Source of the DNA: a virus
Lineage: Duplodnaviria > Caudoviricetes
Strand: one strand, 5' to 3'
IMG/VR virus record: IMGVR_UViG_3300028897_000328
Coordinates: 1-46,595 of that record
Length of the DNA: 46,595 bases
Shown: positions 34,739 through 42,641 of the stretch, one piece after another
Layout of the letters: every line of letters begins with the position of its first letter
Position numbering within the stretch: the first letter of the stretch is position 1
The notes under the pieces: model-generated
Told to the model about the DNA's origin: nothing
What the model saw: only the letters and a program-made list of their open reading frames with translations
The model's database searches: none
Made by a program: the position numbers and the translations under genes

Positions 34739-35394
34739 TTTTCCATCCTCCTGTGCCGATTCCAAAGTAGTTTTATAGGCTTCGCAAATTGTTTAAACCA
34801 TTTATAAGCCTTAGGAGAGAGTTGTACTAACTCGCCTTTGGTAAGGGAAAACCACTTTGAGCCTGGTAAAACACGACACCCGATAGCAATATGTTTTTCA
34901 GTGAGGATTATTCGATATGGTAAAACATTATCTAAAATAATTGGATTTTTCTTTAATGTTGCTCCGTAAAGATCTGCTCCGCGAAGATCTGCTCCGCTAA
35001 GATTTACTCCGTAAAGATCTGCTCCGCGAAGATCTACTCCGCGAAGATTTGCTCCGTAAAGATCTGCTCCGTAAAGATCTACTCCGCGAAGATCTGCTCC
35101 GTAAAGATCTGCTCCGCGAAGATCTGCTCCGCTAAGATTTACTCCGTAAAGATCTGCTCCGCGAAGATCTGCTCCGCTAAGATTTACTCCGTGAAGATCT
35201 GCTTCGCGAAGATCTACTCCGCGAAGATTTGCTCCGTAAAGATCTGCTCCGCGAAGATCTACTCCGCGAAGATCTGCTCCGTGAAGATCTGCTTCGCGAA
35301 GATCTGCTCGATTTTTTTCAACTGCTTGTATTAATGAAGACATTTTTGCTTCCACAATAGTTTTACTGGAATATTTAAATTTAATTATTATCAT
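34735..35394 (-). CDS. Pentapeptide-repeat protein
   Basis: About 23 tandem (A/V)(D/N)Lx(G/E) units encoded by 15-bp repeats at about 34960-35310; C-terminal IAIGC...W domain. Confidence 0.92.
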   Translation of the reverse strand: MIIIKFKYSSKTIVEAKMSSLIQAVEKNRADLREADLHGADLRGVDLRGADLYGANLRGVDLREADLHGVNLSGADLRGADLYGVNLSGADLRGADLYGADLRGVDLYGADLYGANLRGVDLRGADLYGVNLSGADLRGADLYGATLKKNPIILDNVLPYRIILTEKHIAIGCRVLPGSKWFSLTKGELVQLSPKAYKWFKQFAKPIKLLWNRHRRMEK

Positions 35395-35458
35395 TTTATG
35401 TACCCCCTTGTCATTACGAAGTGGCAAATTAAGTACCCGATAATGATGCAAAGAATTT

Positions 35459-35716
35459 TCAAAAAAGCCTCCATAATTCCCCCCTTGGAAATTTCTCCTT
35501 AAGTTTTTTTAATGATGTTCCCGTCGATAACGCAAAATAAAGCTCCTGGCCCGTTGATTCTCGGATAAATCTTCTGATCCATCTAATCGTAGCCTCTTCA
35601 AGGTAGGGAGGTTTTTCTTTGTATCGTTTTTGATCATACATTTCTAAGGGGAGGTTCTCGTCATCAATATCATCCAAGAAATCATCTGGAACGCCGTCGA
35701 ACTCGTCTTTGTCCAT
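35459..35716 (-). CDS. Hypothetical protein with acidic N-terminus
   Basis: GAGGAGG RBS before ATG 35716. Confidence 0.55.
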   Translation of the reverse strand: MDKDEFDGVPDDFLDDIDDENLPLEMYDQKRYKEKPPYLEEATIRWIRRFIRESTGQELYFALSTGTSLKKLKEKFPRGELWRLF

Positions 35717-35870
35717 CTTCAAGCCTCCTCACTCGTTTTTTCAAGTCGATAATTTCCCTGGCCTGGTCCCCAATTAATACAAGGACCTTATCCCAGGCGT
35801 TTTCGTCATGGACCAATTGTTCTCTTAACTTTTGAATAGCCGACGCTTTTTTCTTCATAGATTCCCTCAT
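35682..35870 (-). CDS. Small coiled-coil protein
   Basis: Directly downstream of a sigma70-type promoter; start may be the second Met. Confidence 0.5.
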   Translation of the reverse strand: MRESMKKKASAIQKLREQLVHDENAWDKVLVLIGDQAREIIDLKKRVRRLEDGQRRVRRRSR

Positions 35871-35874
35871 TTCT

Positions 35875-35903
35875 AGTGTACCGATCTACCTGGTACTTGT
35901 CAA
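35875..35903 (-). promoter_or_regulatory. Sigma70-type promoter
   Basis: TTGACA-17 nt-TACACT on the minus strand. Confidence 0.7.
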
Positions 35904-36014
35904 TAGCACTCGGACAAATCTTTTTTGGAATCTCCTAAATCGAATCCATTGTTTACGTTGTGACTTCGATTGTTGACGAACCCATACCAAAAACGGGTGT
36001 GTTTTACTATTCAT
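35886..36014 (-). CDS. Small basic protein (42 aa, not in ORF track)
   Basis: MNSKTHPFLVWVRQQ...; GGAGG RBS and ATGA overlap. Confidence 0.45.
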   Translation of the reverse strand: MNSKTHPFLVWVRQQSKSQRKQWIRFRRFQKRFVRVLLTSTR

Positions 36015-36178
36015 CTTTTTTCCCTCCATAATTGATGCAATCGGACCTCGTTTATTTGACCTCCTTCGGTCTTCTTTTCTCGAACAAACCTCACCGCCTC
36101 CTCATAACTATTAAATGTCTTTTCGTCATGCCCAAAATAACCAATCTTCCAAGTGACTTTATAATATGGTTCCTTCAT
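36011..36178 (-). CDS. Small early protein
   Basis: Likely start MKEPYYKV; TFNSYEEAVRF motif. Confidence 0.55.
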   Translation of the reverse strand: MKEPYYKVTWKIGYFGHDEKTFNSYEEAVRFVREKKTEGGQINEVRLHQLWREKR

Positions 36179-36419
36179 CAGGTTTGCCCTCCTTTTTTCT
36201 ACAAGCCTTACACTTTCCTTTGGCCTTCCCTCGTTGTCCCAATTTTCGATGGTAGCCGCAAGAAACACATCTCCCCTTACCCTCAGTATTTACAAGCGGC
36301 ATTTGGACCGTCTGAGCTTGGGCCTTTTGAATATAGGGCCTAAGCTGGGCCAGGATCTTTTTACTTTCCAGCTTCTCAATACGGTCCAGACTTTTCCGTA
36401 ACTCTTGGTATAGGCTCAT
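36159..36419 (-). CDS. Small zinc-finger protein
   Basis: GGAGG RBS before ATG 36419; CVSC...CKAC. Confidence 0.55.
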   Translation of the reverse strand: MSLYQELRKSLDRIEKLESKKILAQLRPYIQKAQAQTVQMPLVNTEGKGRCVSCGYHRKLGQRGKAKGKCKACRKKEGKPDEGTIL

Positions 36420-36499
36420 AACTACCTCCTCTCCATTATAAAGGATAGCACACCCAATCTGATTTATCAAGTTGCATTGGCTATCATCTTTATAATTTG

Positions 36500-36727
36500 T
36501 TATAACTTTTTCCGAAGCGTATCCACTAAATAAACGCCATGCCGAAGGGCAAGTTCTCGCGACCTTTGTTCATAATGCTTTAAGGTTACTTCTTCGGAAT
36601 CGGTTTCATATGTGACATACCAAATGGCCCAGCCATTAGATTCCTCGGTTACATAAACCGCTGGGGCCGAGTCTTCTTTGCTGTAATCTGTTGGCCTTAT
36701 CCGTTCAAAGTAAATAACTTTTTCCAT
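36500..36727 (-). CDS. Hypothetical early protein
   Basis: AAGGAGG RBS. Confidence 0.6.
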   Translation of the reverse strand: MEKVIYFERIRPTDYSKEDSAPAVYVTEESNGWAIWYVTYETDSEEVTLKHYEQRSRELALRHGVYLVDTLRKKL

Positions 36728-36745
36728 TGGATTCGTTCCTCCTTT

Positions 36746-36913
36746 TTAATATTCAGGGATCAGTTTCGGGGTCCTATGGTTCCCATTGTCCAGGCTCCGA
36801 GAAAAGTAGGGGAGGTAGTAAATTTGACTACATTCCTCACACCTAAAATTATCAGGATCTGTAATTTCTATCCCACAATCAACACAATACTTGTTTTTTC
36901 GTTTCTTTCTCAT
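36746..36913 (-). CDS. Small zinc-finger protein (55 aa, not in ORF track)
   Basis: MRKKRKNKYCVDCG...RCEEC; ATGA overlap with upstream gene. Confidence 0.55.
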   Translation of the reverse strand: MRKKRKNKYCVDCGIEITDPDNFRCEECSQIYYLPYFSRSLDNGNHRTPKLIPEY

Positions 36914-37104
36914 CGTTTAGCCTCTCCCTTCGTTCCTTCCCACCACTTAGCAATAGACTTTTCTTCTTTTGGAGATCTTGAACTACGCTCAATTCTTAGC
37001 ATTACCTTTGGAACCCACCTACGCAACAAAGGACTAAAAACAATCGCCGTAGAATAGGTAACATAACTCCACTTTTCTTTGGTCTTTTTAGTGTCTTGTT
37101 TCAT
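36910..37104 (-). CDS. Hypothetical basic protein
   Basis: AAGGAGG RBS. Confidence 0.5.
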   Translation of the reverse strand: MKQDTKKTKEKWSYVTYSTAIVFSPLLRRWVPKVMLRIERSSRSPKEEKSIAKWWEGTKGEAKR

Positions 37105-37270
37105 ATAACAAACCTCCTTTTTCCATGTCCTTTAAGAAATACCAACAATTAGGGCATACAAAACCTTTATCCTTACTAGCCATAAACTCCCCGTCCCAGG
37201 GATACCAGGTGTTACATTCTGGACACCTGGCCCCTAGGTATGGAGGATCAATCGGTGGCTCCCCTCTCAT
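37088..37270 (-). CDS. Small zinc-ribbon protein
   Basis: CPEC...CPNC; AAGGAG RBS before ATG 37270. Confidence 0.55.
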   Translation of the reverse strand: MRGEPPIDPPYLGARCPECNTWYPWDGEFMASKDKGFVCPNCWYFLKDMEKGGLLYETRH

Positions 37271-37545
37271 CGGTCGTACTCCTTTTTTTGACAATATTCC
37301 AGGCTCCCAGGGGTCCCAGCCTTTACCTCATGCCGTGAGGGGACATAATTCCCGTAATAATCGCGGTGTCCCTCTTCTCCCAGCATACAGTACCCGCTTT
37401 TGATAAGATCCATAGCGCGGCGGCCTACAGCACCTTCTAACCCCCAAGCCGATCCACTATTGATCAATTCTTGCATAGATCGGACCTCCTCCTCCAAGCT
37501 TTCACACTCCCAAAGCGGCTTTACCTCTTCTTTTTTCTTTCCCAT
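37267..37545 (-). CDS. Conserved-looking phage early protein
   Basis: QELINSGSAWGLEGAVGRRAMDLIKSGYC...DYYGNYVP; GAGGAGG RBS. Confidence 0.7.
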   Translation of the reverse strand: MGKKKEEVKPLWECESLEEEVRSMQELINSGSAWGLEGAVGRRAMDLIKSGYCMLGEEGHRDYYGNYVPSRHEVKAGTPGSLEYCQKKEYDR

Positions 37546-37578
37546 TGGTTTAATCCTCCTCTCTATTTTAGAGCCTAC

Positions 37579-37613
37579 ATTATACTAAGCCATTTGTTAA
37601 GGGGTCCCCTTAA
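37579..37613 (-). promoter_or_regulatory. TATAAT -10 element with an upstream 17-bp palindrome (possible operator)
   Basis: TTAAGGGG-T-CCCCTTAA at 37597-37613 covers the -35 position; minus-strand TATAAT at 37579-37584. Confidence 0.5.
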
Positions 37614-38272
37614 ATTAAGACCTCCTCGACCTCTTTTTCATAAAAGAATTCGGGGACCTCGGCCAAGGGGACCTCCTCGGCCTCGGCATATATCGCGCTC
37701 CAAATACATTCCTGGACCTCGGCGGGTTCCCAGCCTAAGATCCTAGCCGCTTTTCTAATCCTGGCCTGGTATGCCAAAACAAAGCCTTTGGACATGGCGG
37801 CCCTGTGTTGGGCTCCTCTATCCCGTATTCCAGCATATACTAGCATCCAGGTATCAATACAAGGTAAGGAAAGATCCCCACTTAAATTGGCATAAAAAGC
37901 CTGGACCTTGCGGCCTGATAAGGGCTCCCCGCGCAAGGCCCTTTTAACATTGTAAAAACGGGCCTCCAGGTCTCCTAAGGCCGCTATTTCGTCCAGCGCA
38001 GGCCCGTCCTGGGGCCTCCCGTTAAGATCCCAGGCCGCATATATCTGCATGGCCATAATCAGGTTTAACTGTACCGATTGACGCGGGGACGTTGCGGCTA
38101 ATATTGCCGCGAAAAGATCCGCGTCCTGACCATACCTGGCCAGTATTTCACGACGGGCCCTAGCATACCAACCTTTTTTAACCTGGCCTTTCCTGGCCTG
38201 AGATATCAAGGCCTGGACCTTGGGGATCTCTCGTAAAGCCTGTTTTATGGACCTATAAAGGGCCTTATTCAT
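37610..38272 (-). CDS. DUF7178-like protein (possible HhH glycosylase-like fold)
   Basis: WY..A...AATSP....N...GRKVQAFYANL...IDTWM...AA...G..PAEVQ..IW; likely start MNKALY. Confidence 0.6.
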   Translation of the reverse strand: MNKALYRSIKQALREIPKVQALISQARKGQVKKGWYARARREILARYGQDADLFAAILAATSPRQSVQLNLIMAMQIYAAWDLNGRPQDGPALDEIAALGDLEARFYNVKRALRGEPLSGRKVQAFYANLSGDLSLPCIDTWMLVYAGIRDRGAQHRAAMSKGFVLAYQARIRKAARILGWEPAEVQECIWSAIYAEAEEVPLAEVPEFFYEKEVEEVLI

Positions 38273-38408
38273 AGGCTTATCCCCGTGTTTAAGGCCTCGG
38301 CCAGGGTGTATAGGCTCCAATAGGCTAAAACCTCTCCCAGGAGCCAATTAAGGGCCAATAACAGGCCTGCAAATAATAGTAAAATAACAAAAGCGCGTAG
38401 TCCAGGGC

Positions 38409-38597
38409 TCATTCTAGGACCTCGTTCAATACGGCCTTAAGATAATGGCGCAAGGCCTCAACGTCCCGTAATGCGTCTACGGGGTCCCTCTTCTCTAGGC
38501 CTCTTAAAGCATTTTGAAGCCAATATGAAGAGGCGGGGTCTTTAAGGATGCGCTCTCGAATATCAACGGGTTGCATGTTTTCAATTGACCGTGACAT
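38409..38597 (-). CDS. Small early protein
   Basis: DPASSYWLQNAL...RDPVDALRD; GGAGG RBS. Confidence 0.65.
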   Translation of the reverse strand: MSRSIENMQPVDIRERILKDPASSYWLQNALRGLEKRDPVDALRDVEALRHYLKAVLNEVLE

Positions 38598-38601
38598 AGG
38601 T

Positions 38602-38961
38602 TTATCCCTCCTTGTAGTTATTTAAAGCTTTACGATATATGGCTTTACAATATCCATAAATAAATGATGATACACGGGGTTTAAGATACTGAAGGGCCCA
38701 ACGGGAGGCCTTGGCCTCGGCCTCTGGTATACCTCCAGGTCCAGAGTATAAAAACCCGCCTATGGCATGACCAGCTTCATGCGCGGTAACGGCAAGCTTT
38801 ATAATCTCATTGGGGTAGTAAATAAAGACACGGCGGGCCTCCGCGTCTACCTTAGAATGATGCCAGGTTATATCATTAGGTACATAGTCCTCGGTCACGG
38901 TCCAGGCACGGGCCCGAAGCAATTCTACCAGGCCCGCGCTTATGTCGTTTATAGGGTCCAT
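38602..38961 (-). CDS. Small zincin-like protein
   Basis: AHEAGH followed by EAKASRWA. Confidence 0.6.
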   Translation of the reverse strand: MDPINDISAGLVELLRARAWTVTEDYVPNDITWHHSKVDAEARRVFIYYPNEIIKLAVTAHEAGHAIGGFLYSGPGGIPEAEAKASRWALQYLKPRVSSFIYGYCKAIYRKALNNYKEG

Positions 38962-39299
38962 TAGATCCCGTACCTTTCCCGTATCTCCAAACGTGGTATA
39001 ACCCTTGTATTTACAAGGGGATGCAATTGACTTCTATGCTTTGAAGTCGATACGCTGTAACGATCCCCGTTTTCGATCCATTCCTGGGAGCCATAGAGAC
39101 AGATAAAAAGCGGCCAATGGTAACCGTAAGAATATACGACATAATGGCCGTGTCGATGGGTTCCCGCTGTATTTGATCCCTTAAAAACCCTCTTTTCCTG
39201 GACATAGGCCCTGGCCTCTTTATTCGATACCTTTGGGGCCCTAAAGTCAACAAAGCCTATGTTTTGGTTTCCTCGATATCTTTCCTCGAATCCTAGCAT
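38961..39299 (-). CDS. Conserved-looking phage early protein
   Basis: YVVYSYGYHWPLF...WIENGDRYSVSTSKH; GGAGG RBS. Confidence 0.7.
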   Translation of the reverse strand: MLGFEERYRGNQNIGFVDFRAPKVSNKEARAYVQEKRVFKGSNTAGTHRHGHYVVYSYGYHWPLFICLYGSQEWIENGDRYSVSTSKHRSQLHPLVNTRVIPRLEIRERYGI

Positions 39300-39303
39300 G
39301 TTT

Positions 39304-39525
39304 TTAACCCTCCTTTTTGTCTTTAAAAAACAAATTTAGTGATACACGGTACCCATTAGAAATAACCTCTAATGACTGAAACCCTACTTTCTTAGCTTTA
39401 TATTCTTCGATGCTATCAATCGCGTGTATATCTATACTAGCGTAATTCCCCTTTTTTGCTTGGTATACATATACCGCTGGGTTATTACTTAATACTTGTA
39501 TTCCCTTTCCTTTAATTTGTCTCAT
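39304..39525 (-). CDS. First gene of the leftward early operon, hypothetical
   Basis: AAGGAGG RBS just downstream of a promoter. Confidence 0.6.
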   Translation of the reverse strand: MRQIKGKGIQVLSNNPAVYVYQAKKGNYASIDIHAIDSIEEYKAKKVGFQSLEVISNGYRVSLNLFFKDKKEG

Positions 39526-39551
39526 CTCTACGGCCCTCCTTTCTATTTCAA

Positions 39552-39580
39552 AAGGTACACGAAGAAAACCAGGAATTCAA
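39552..39580 (-). promoter_or_regulatory. Sigma70-type early promoter
   Basis: TTGAAT-17 nt-TACCTT on the minus strand, upstream of the 39525 RBS. Confidence 0.55.
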
Positions 39581-40300
39581 GGCGCAGGATATAGTAAAAT
39601 ATAACATTTCGGTTACTATTTTATAGCTCAAGAGGGTTATATATGGGGAGAGGGTTATTACAGGAGAGGGGATAAGGGGCCGATACACGGTCGAATCGTA
39701 TCGGTTATTGACGTTTACTCGATGGGCTCCCCGATCTTACTGCTAAGGGGAAGGGGTAACCGTTTACCTGTCTCCCTTACGGGAGAAAAAAAGAAAAGGT
39801 TTTTAAGCTTGTAAGCGGTACGCTTAAACTAGTGTATCTATCGCATGGTTATTTTAGGGCTCCTCTGCCTAAAAAGGGCATGGTATTCCCTGGCCTCTAA
39901 GGGTCCTCGATCCTTGGTAGATCGTCGATCCTGGGGCATTCTGGGGCTCGTGTGATACGATCCAGGAACGGGGAGCGCGAAGGGACCCCACGACCGTTAT
40001 TTTCGTTTTCGGGTACTGGGGGAGCACCCCTTCTCCGAATTGCTGAAGTAAATTTTTCCTATGGGAGTACCTAAGATAGGAACGATAGTTTTATCGGATA
40101 TACCAATGGATCGGTAAAATGATTCATCCTAGAGGTTTACATTGGTAAATGTCCCATAGTCTATAGAGGAACGACACAAATTTGAAGGAAAATGGGTAGC
40201 ACGATATGGCACAAATACCAAAGAAAGTGTTAATATCGCGCAAAAAAGAGCAATATTATACAATTGATGTTAATCTAAAATATAGGGTTAACATAGGTTA
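39581..40300. other. Divergent non-coding region (candidate genome end / origin / control region)
   Basis: Largest ORF-free gap; strand switch point; many short inverted repeats. Confidence 0.55.
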
Positions 40301-40312
40301 AGGAGAATGTTG

Positions 40313-40492
40313 ATGCCTTTTACAAAGGTAGGAAAAGACAAATACCGAAGCCCGTCAGGACGGATTTTTACGGGAGCCCAGGTACGGCTTTATCATGCTC
40401 ATAATGGCTTTCCGAAGAAGGGTAAACGGAAACTAAAGAAAAAGCAAAAAAGGAGTAAAAAGAGGAATAATGGTCGTTCATTATTCCAATAA
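40313..40492 (+). CDS. Small basic late protein
   Basis: AAGGAG RBS favours ATG 40313; MPFTKVGKDKYRSPSGR with Lys-rich tail. Confidence 0.65.
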   Translation: MPFTKVGKDKYRSPSGRIFTGAQVRLYHAHNGFPKKGKRKLKKKQKRSKKRNNGRSLFQ

Positions 40493-40634
40493 GATGATGA
40501 AAAGTAAGATTGATGGTAGAACGAAGAGATTTGATGAAGATGTTATTCGTGAGGAAAGGGCAAGGCAAGTACGAAATTGGCATAAATTTTTCTATAAAAA
40601 GATTTATTTGCCATTAACAAAATCTTTAAGATAA
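40470..40634 (+). CDS. Small basic protein (54 aa, not in ORF track)
   Basis: GAGG RBS; MVVHYSNKMMKSKIDGRTKRF...LTKSLR fills the gap. Confidence 0.45.
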   Translation: MVVHYSNKMMKSKIDGRTKRFDEDVIREERARQVRNWHKFFYKKIYLPLTKSLR

Positions 40635-40657
40635 TAGGAGAATAAAGGAGATCAAAA

Positions 40658-41692
40658 ATGAAAAAGGGATTGATTGTTTTTGGATTGATAGCGGCCTTGG
40701 TTATGATTCCTTTGGCATTTGCTGGGACTTTTGATACCAGTATCACGCCGAATGGAATGAGCCAAGGAACATTGGTAAGATTTTTATATAACATGATGAC
40801 AACCGTGAATGAGTTAGCCGCAGATCACGATGCGGATAATGCAACTGTTGTGGAATTGGTAGCAGACCATGACGCAGATAATGATGTGGTCGATGGCTAT
40901 AAAACTGCTATTGATGAGTTGGGTACGGATCACGATGCTGACAATGATGTTTTAGACGGATATAAAACCGCTTTGGATGAACTCATGGCTGATCATGCCA
41001 CATTTAAAACTGTTGTGGATGATGTTAAGGCTTTAGCCAATGCGCTTCAGGCTCGGTATGGAAAAATCGTTGTTCAGGATGGTAATCTTGCAATTTCAGG
41101 AGTTGCCGCTGAGAAATTTAAAACGACTCAAACCGCCTATACAATTGTTAGTGGAATTACGGTTTCTAAAGCGGCTACAGATAATTTAGTTTTTAGTGCC
41201 GCTGATACGATTAATACAGGAGCCGCCGCTGGCGATTATTGGGGCGTTTGGCGTGTAGAAATGGATTATGATGGGACAATTTATACGAATAGTCCTGCGG
41301 CAGATCAAACGTATGCTGACGAAGCAACTGCAATTGCCGCAATTCCTGTAACTACAGCCAATCGAGTTTCTTTGGGTTATATCACGGTTGAGGCAAATAA
41401 CGGGGCAAGTTGGACCGCAAATACGGATGATATGACTCCAGCTTCCGATTGCCAAGCCGCAAATTTTTATGATGATACGGAAATTGGGGCTCCAGCCGCA
41501 GTTTCAAGTTCGAGTCCTGATACACTTGCCGCTGGCGCGGTAAGTTCAGTTGCCGCTGATTTGGCCGCAACCATTCCAGTTAGTTCCGTTGCCGCAGATC
41601 TTACGGCCACATCATTTGCCGCTGATTTAACGGCTGATGCAACTTTGGGATCAGGTACGGTAAGTGATCCTAGTATCAGTTTGACTGATTAA
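40658..41692 (+). CDS. Signal-peptide-bearing acidic protein with coiled-coil repeats, possible head fibre
   Basis: MKKGLIVFGLIAALVMIPLAFA signal; 4x ELx(A/T)DH repeats; C-terminal SSVAADLxAT repeats; AAGGAG RBS. Confidence 0.7.
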   Translation: MKKGLIVFGLIAALVMIPLAFAGTFDTSITPNGMSQGTLVRFLYNMMTTVNELAADHDADNATVVELVADHDADNDVVDGYKTAIDELGTDHDADNDVLDGYKTALDELMADHATFKTVVDDVKALANALQARYGKIVVQDGNLAISGVAAEKFKTTQTAYTIVSGITVSKAATDNLVFSAADTINTGAAAGDYWGVWRVEMDYDGTIYTNSPAADQTYADEATAIAAIPVTTANRVSLGYITVEANNGASWTANTDDMTPASDCQAANFYDDTEIGAPAAVSSSSPDTLAAGAVSSVAADLAATIPVSSVAADLTATSFAADLTADATLGSGTVSDPSISLTD

Positions 41693-41810
41693 GTATTTGA
41701 CGCATTAATTTTTAATAAAGAGCAATAAATAGCAATAAAGATCTATTGATCAAAGATCTTTGATAAATCCTTTGATAAATCCTCTGATTTTAGAGATTTT
41801 GTAAGTTCAT

Positions 41811-41865
41811 CCTACCTCAATCAGGGCTCGTTAGGGATCATCTCAGGCGAGCCCCTTGAGGTAGG
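41811..41865 (+). promoter_or_regulatory. Long stem-loop upstream of the packaging genes
   Basis: CCTACCTCAA/TTGAGGTAGG outer stem and GGGCTCGTT/GGCGAGCCC inner stem. Confidence 0.55.
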
Positions 41866-41878
41866 TATTGGAGAGAAA

Positions 41879-42130
41879 ATGAGTTTAATCAAAGAATTAG
41901 AGCTTTTGATCCAACAGCAAGAAAAACTTTTGGATGAAATTTTGAGAAGACGAATATCACTTAAAAGTGATATTGCAAGGGTTGAAGGCCAACTCCATGA
42001 ATTAGATGAGGCTATCAAGATCCGAGAACAAATTATTGAGAAATTACAGAAATGGCAATATTCTGAAGAGGATACTCTGATGAAAAAATTGTCAAAAATA
42101 AGTAAAAAGGATTCTTTGTATGGACTCTAA
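41879..42130 (+). CDS. Small coiled-coil protein
   Basis: GGAG RBS; heptad pattern; overlaps the next gene. Confidence 0.6.
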   Translation: MSLIKELELLIQQQEKLLDEILRRRISLKSDIARVEGQLHELDEAIKIREQIIEKLQKWQYSEEDTLMKKLSKISKKDSLYGL

Positions 42131-42641
42131 ATCTTCTAAAAAACGGGTTAAACAAGACGCAACCGAGGTACTATCAGGACTGAAGAAAGTTGCTAGTCTA
42201 CCTACTCTGGTTAAGAATAAAGGCGGCGCACCCTCAAAAGAAGACAGAGCATCTAAAGAAATTGAGCTTTCTAATAAGGATCTCGAAATTCTTTCAGTTT
42301 TGCTTGCCTCTAAAGGCAATAAATCGTTAACAGAGAGAATTACAGGGGTCAATAGAAAGCGTCTTTATCGTTTATTAAATTCTGATCGTGTAGATCGTTT
42401 GGTAGGAGTTTCGAGATTGCGGTTAAAAGCTTTGATTGAAGCCGCAGTTATTGTGCTTGAAAAGGCCGTAATTGAAGATGGAGATGTTGAGGTTGCTCAA
42501 CTTTTAGTGAAAACTTTGCTTTTAAAAAGTCGTGAAGGCAATACGGGCAAACAAGGTAAAGGCCGAAAAGCTTCCGTTGAAGAGTGGGTTGATGAAAAAG
42601 GAACACCACGAAGACGGCAAACTCTTGAGGAAACTACCTGA
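42120..42641 (+). CDS. terS: Putative terminase small subunit
   Basis: HTH-like TERITGVNRKRLYRLL followed by helices; coupled to terL. Confidence 0.6.
   Translation: MDSKSSKKRVKQDATEVLSGLKKVASLPTLVKNKGGAPSKEDRASKEIELSNKDLEILSVLLASKGNKSLTERITGVNRKRLYRLLNSDRVDRLVGVSRLRLKALIEAAVIVLEKAVIEDGDVEVAQLLVKTLLLKSREGNTGKQGKGRKASVEEWVDEKGTPRRRQTLEETT

Noticed and set aside
34960-35310. CRISPR array or iterons
   Set aside because: The 15-bp units are in-frame pentapeptide codons.
39771-39796. Intrinsic terminator
   Set aside because: No U-tract follows the hairpin on either strand; the A-run is on the wrong side.
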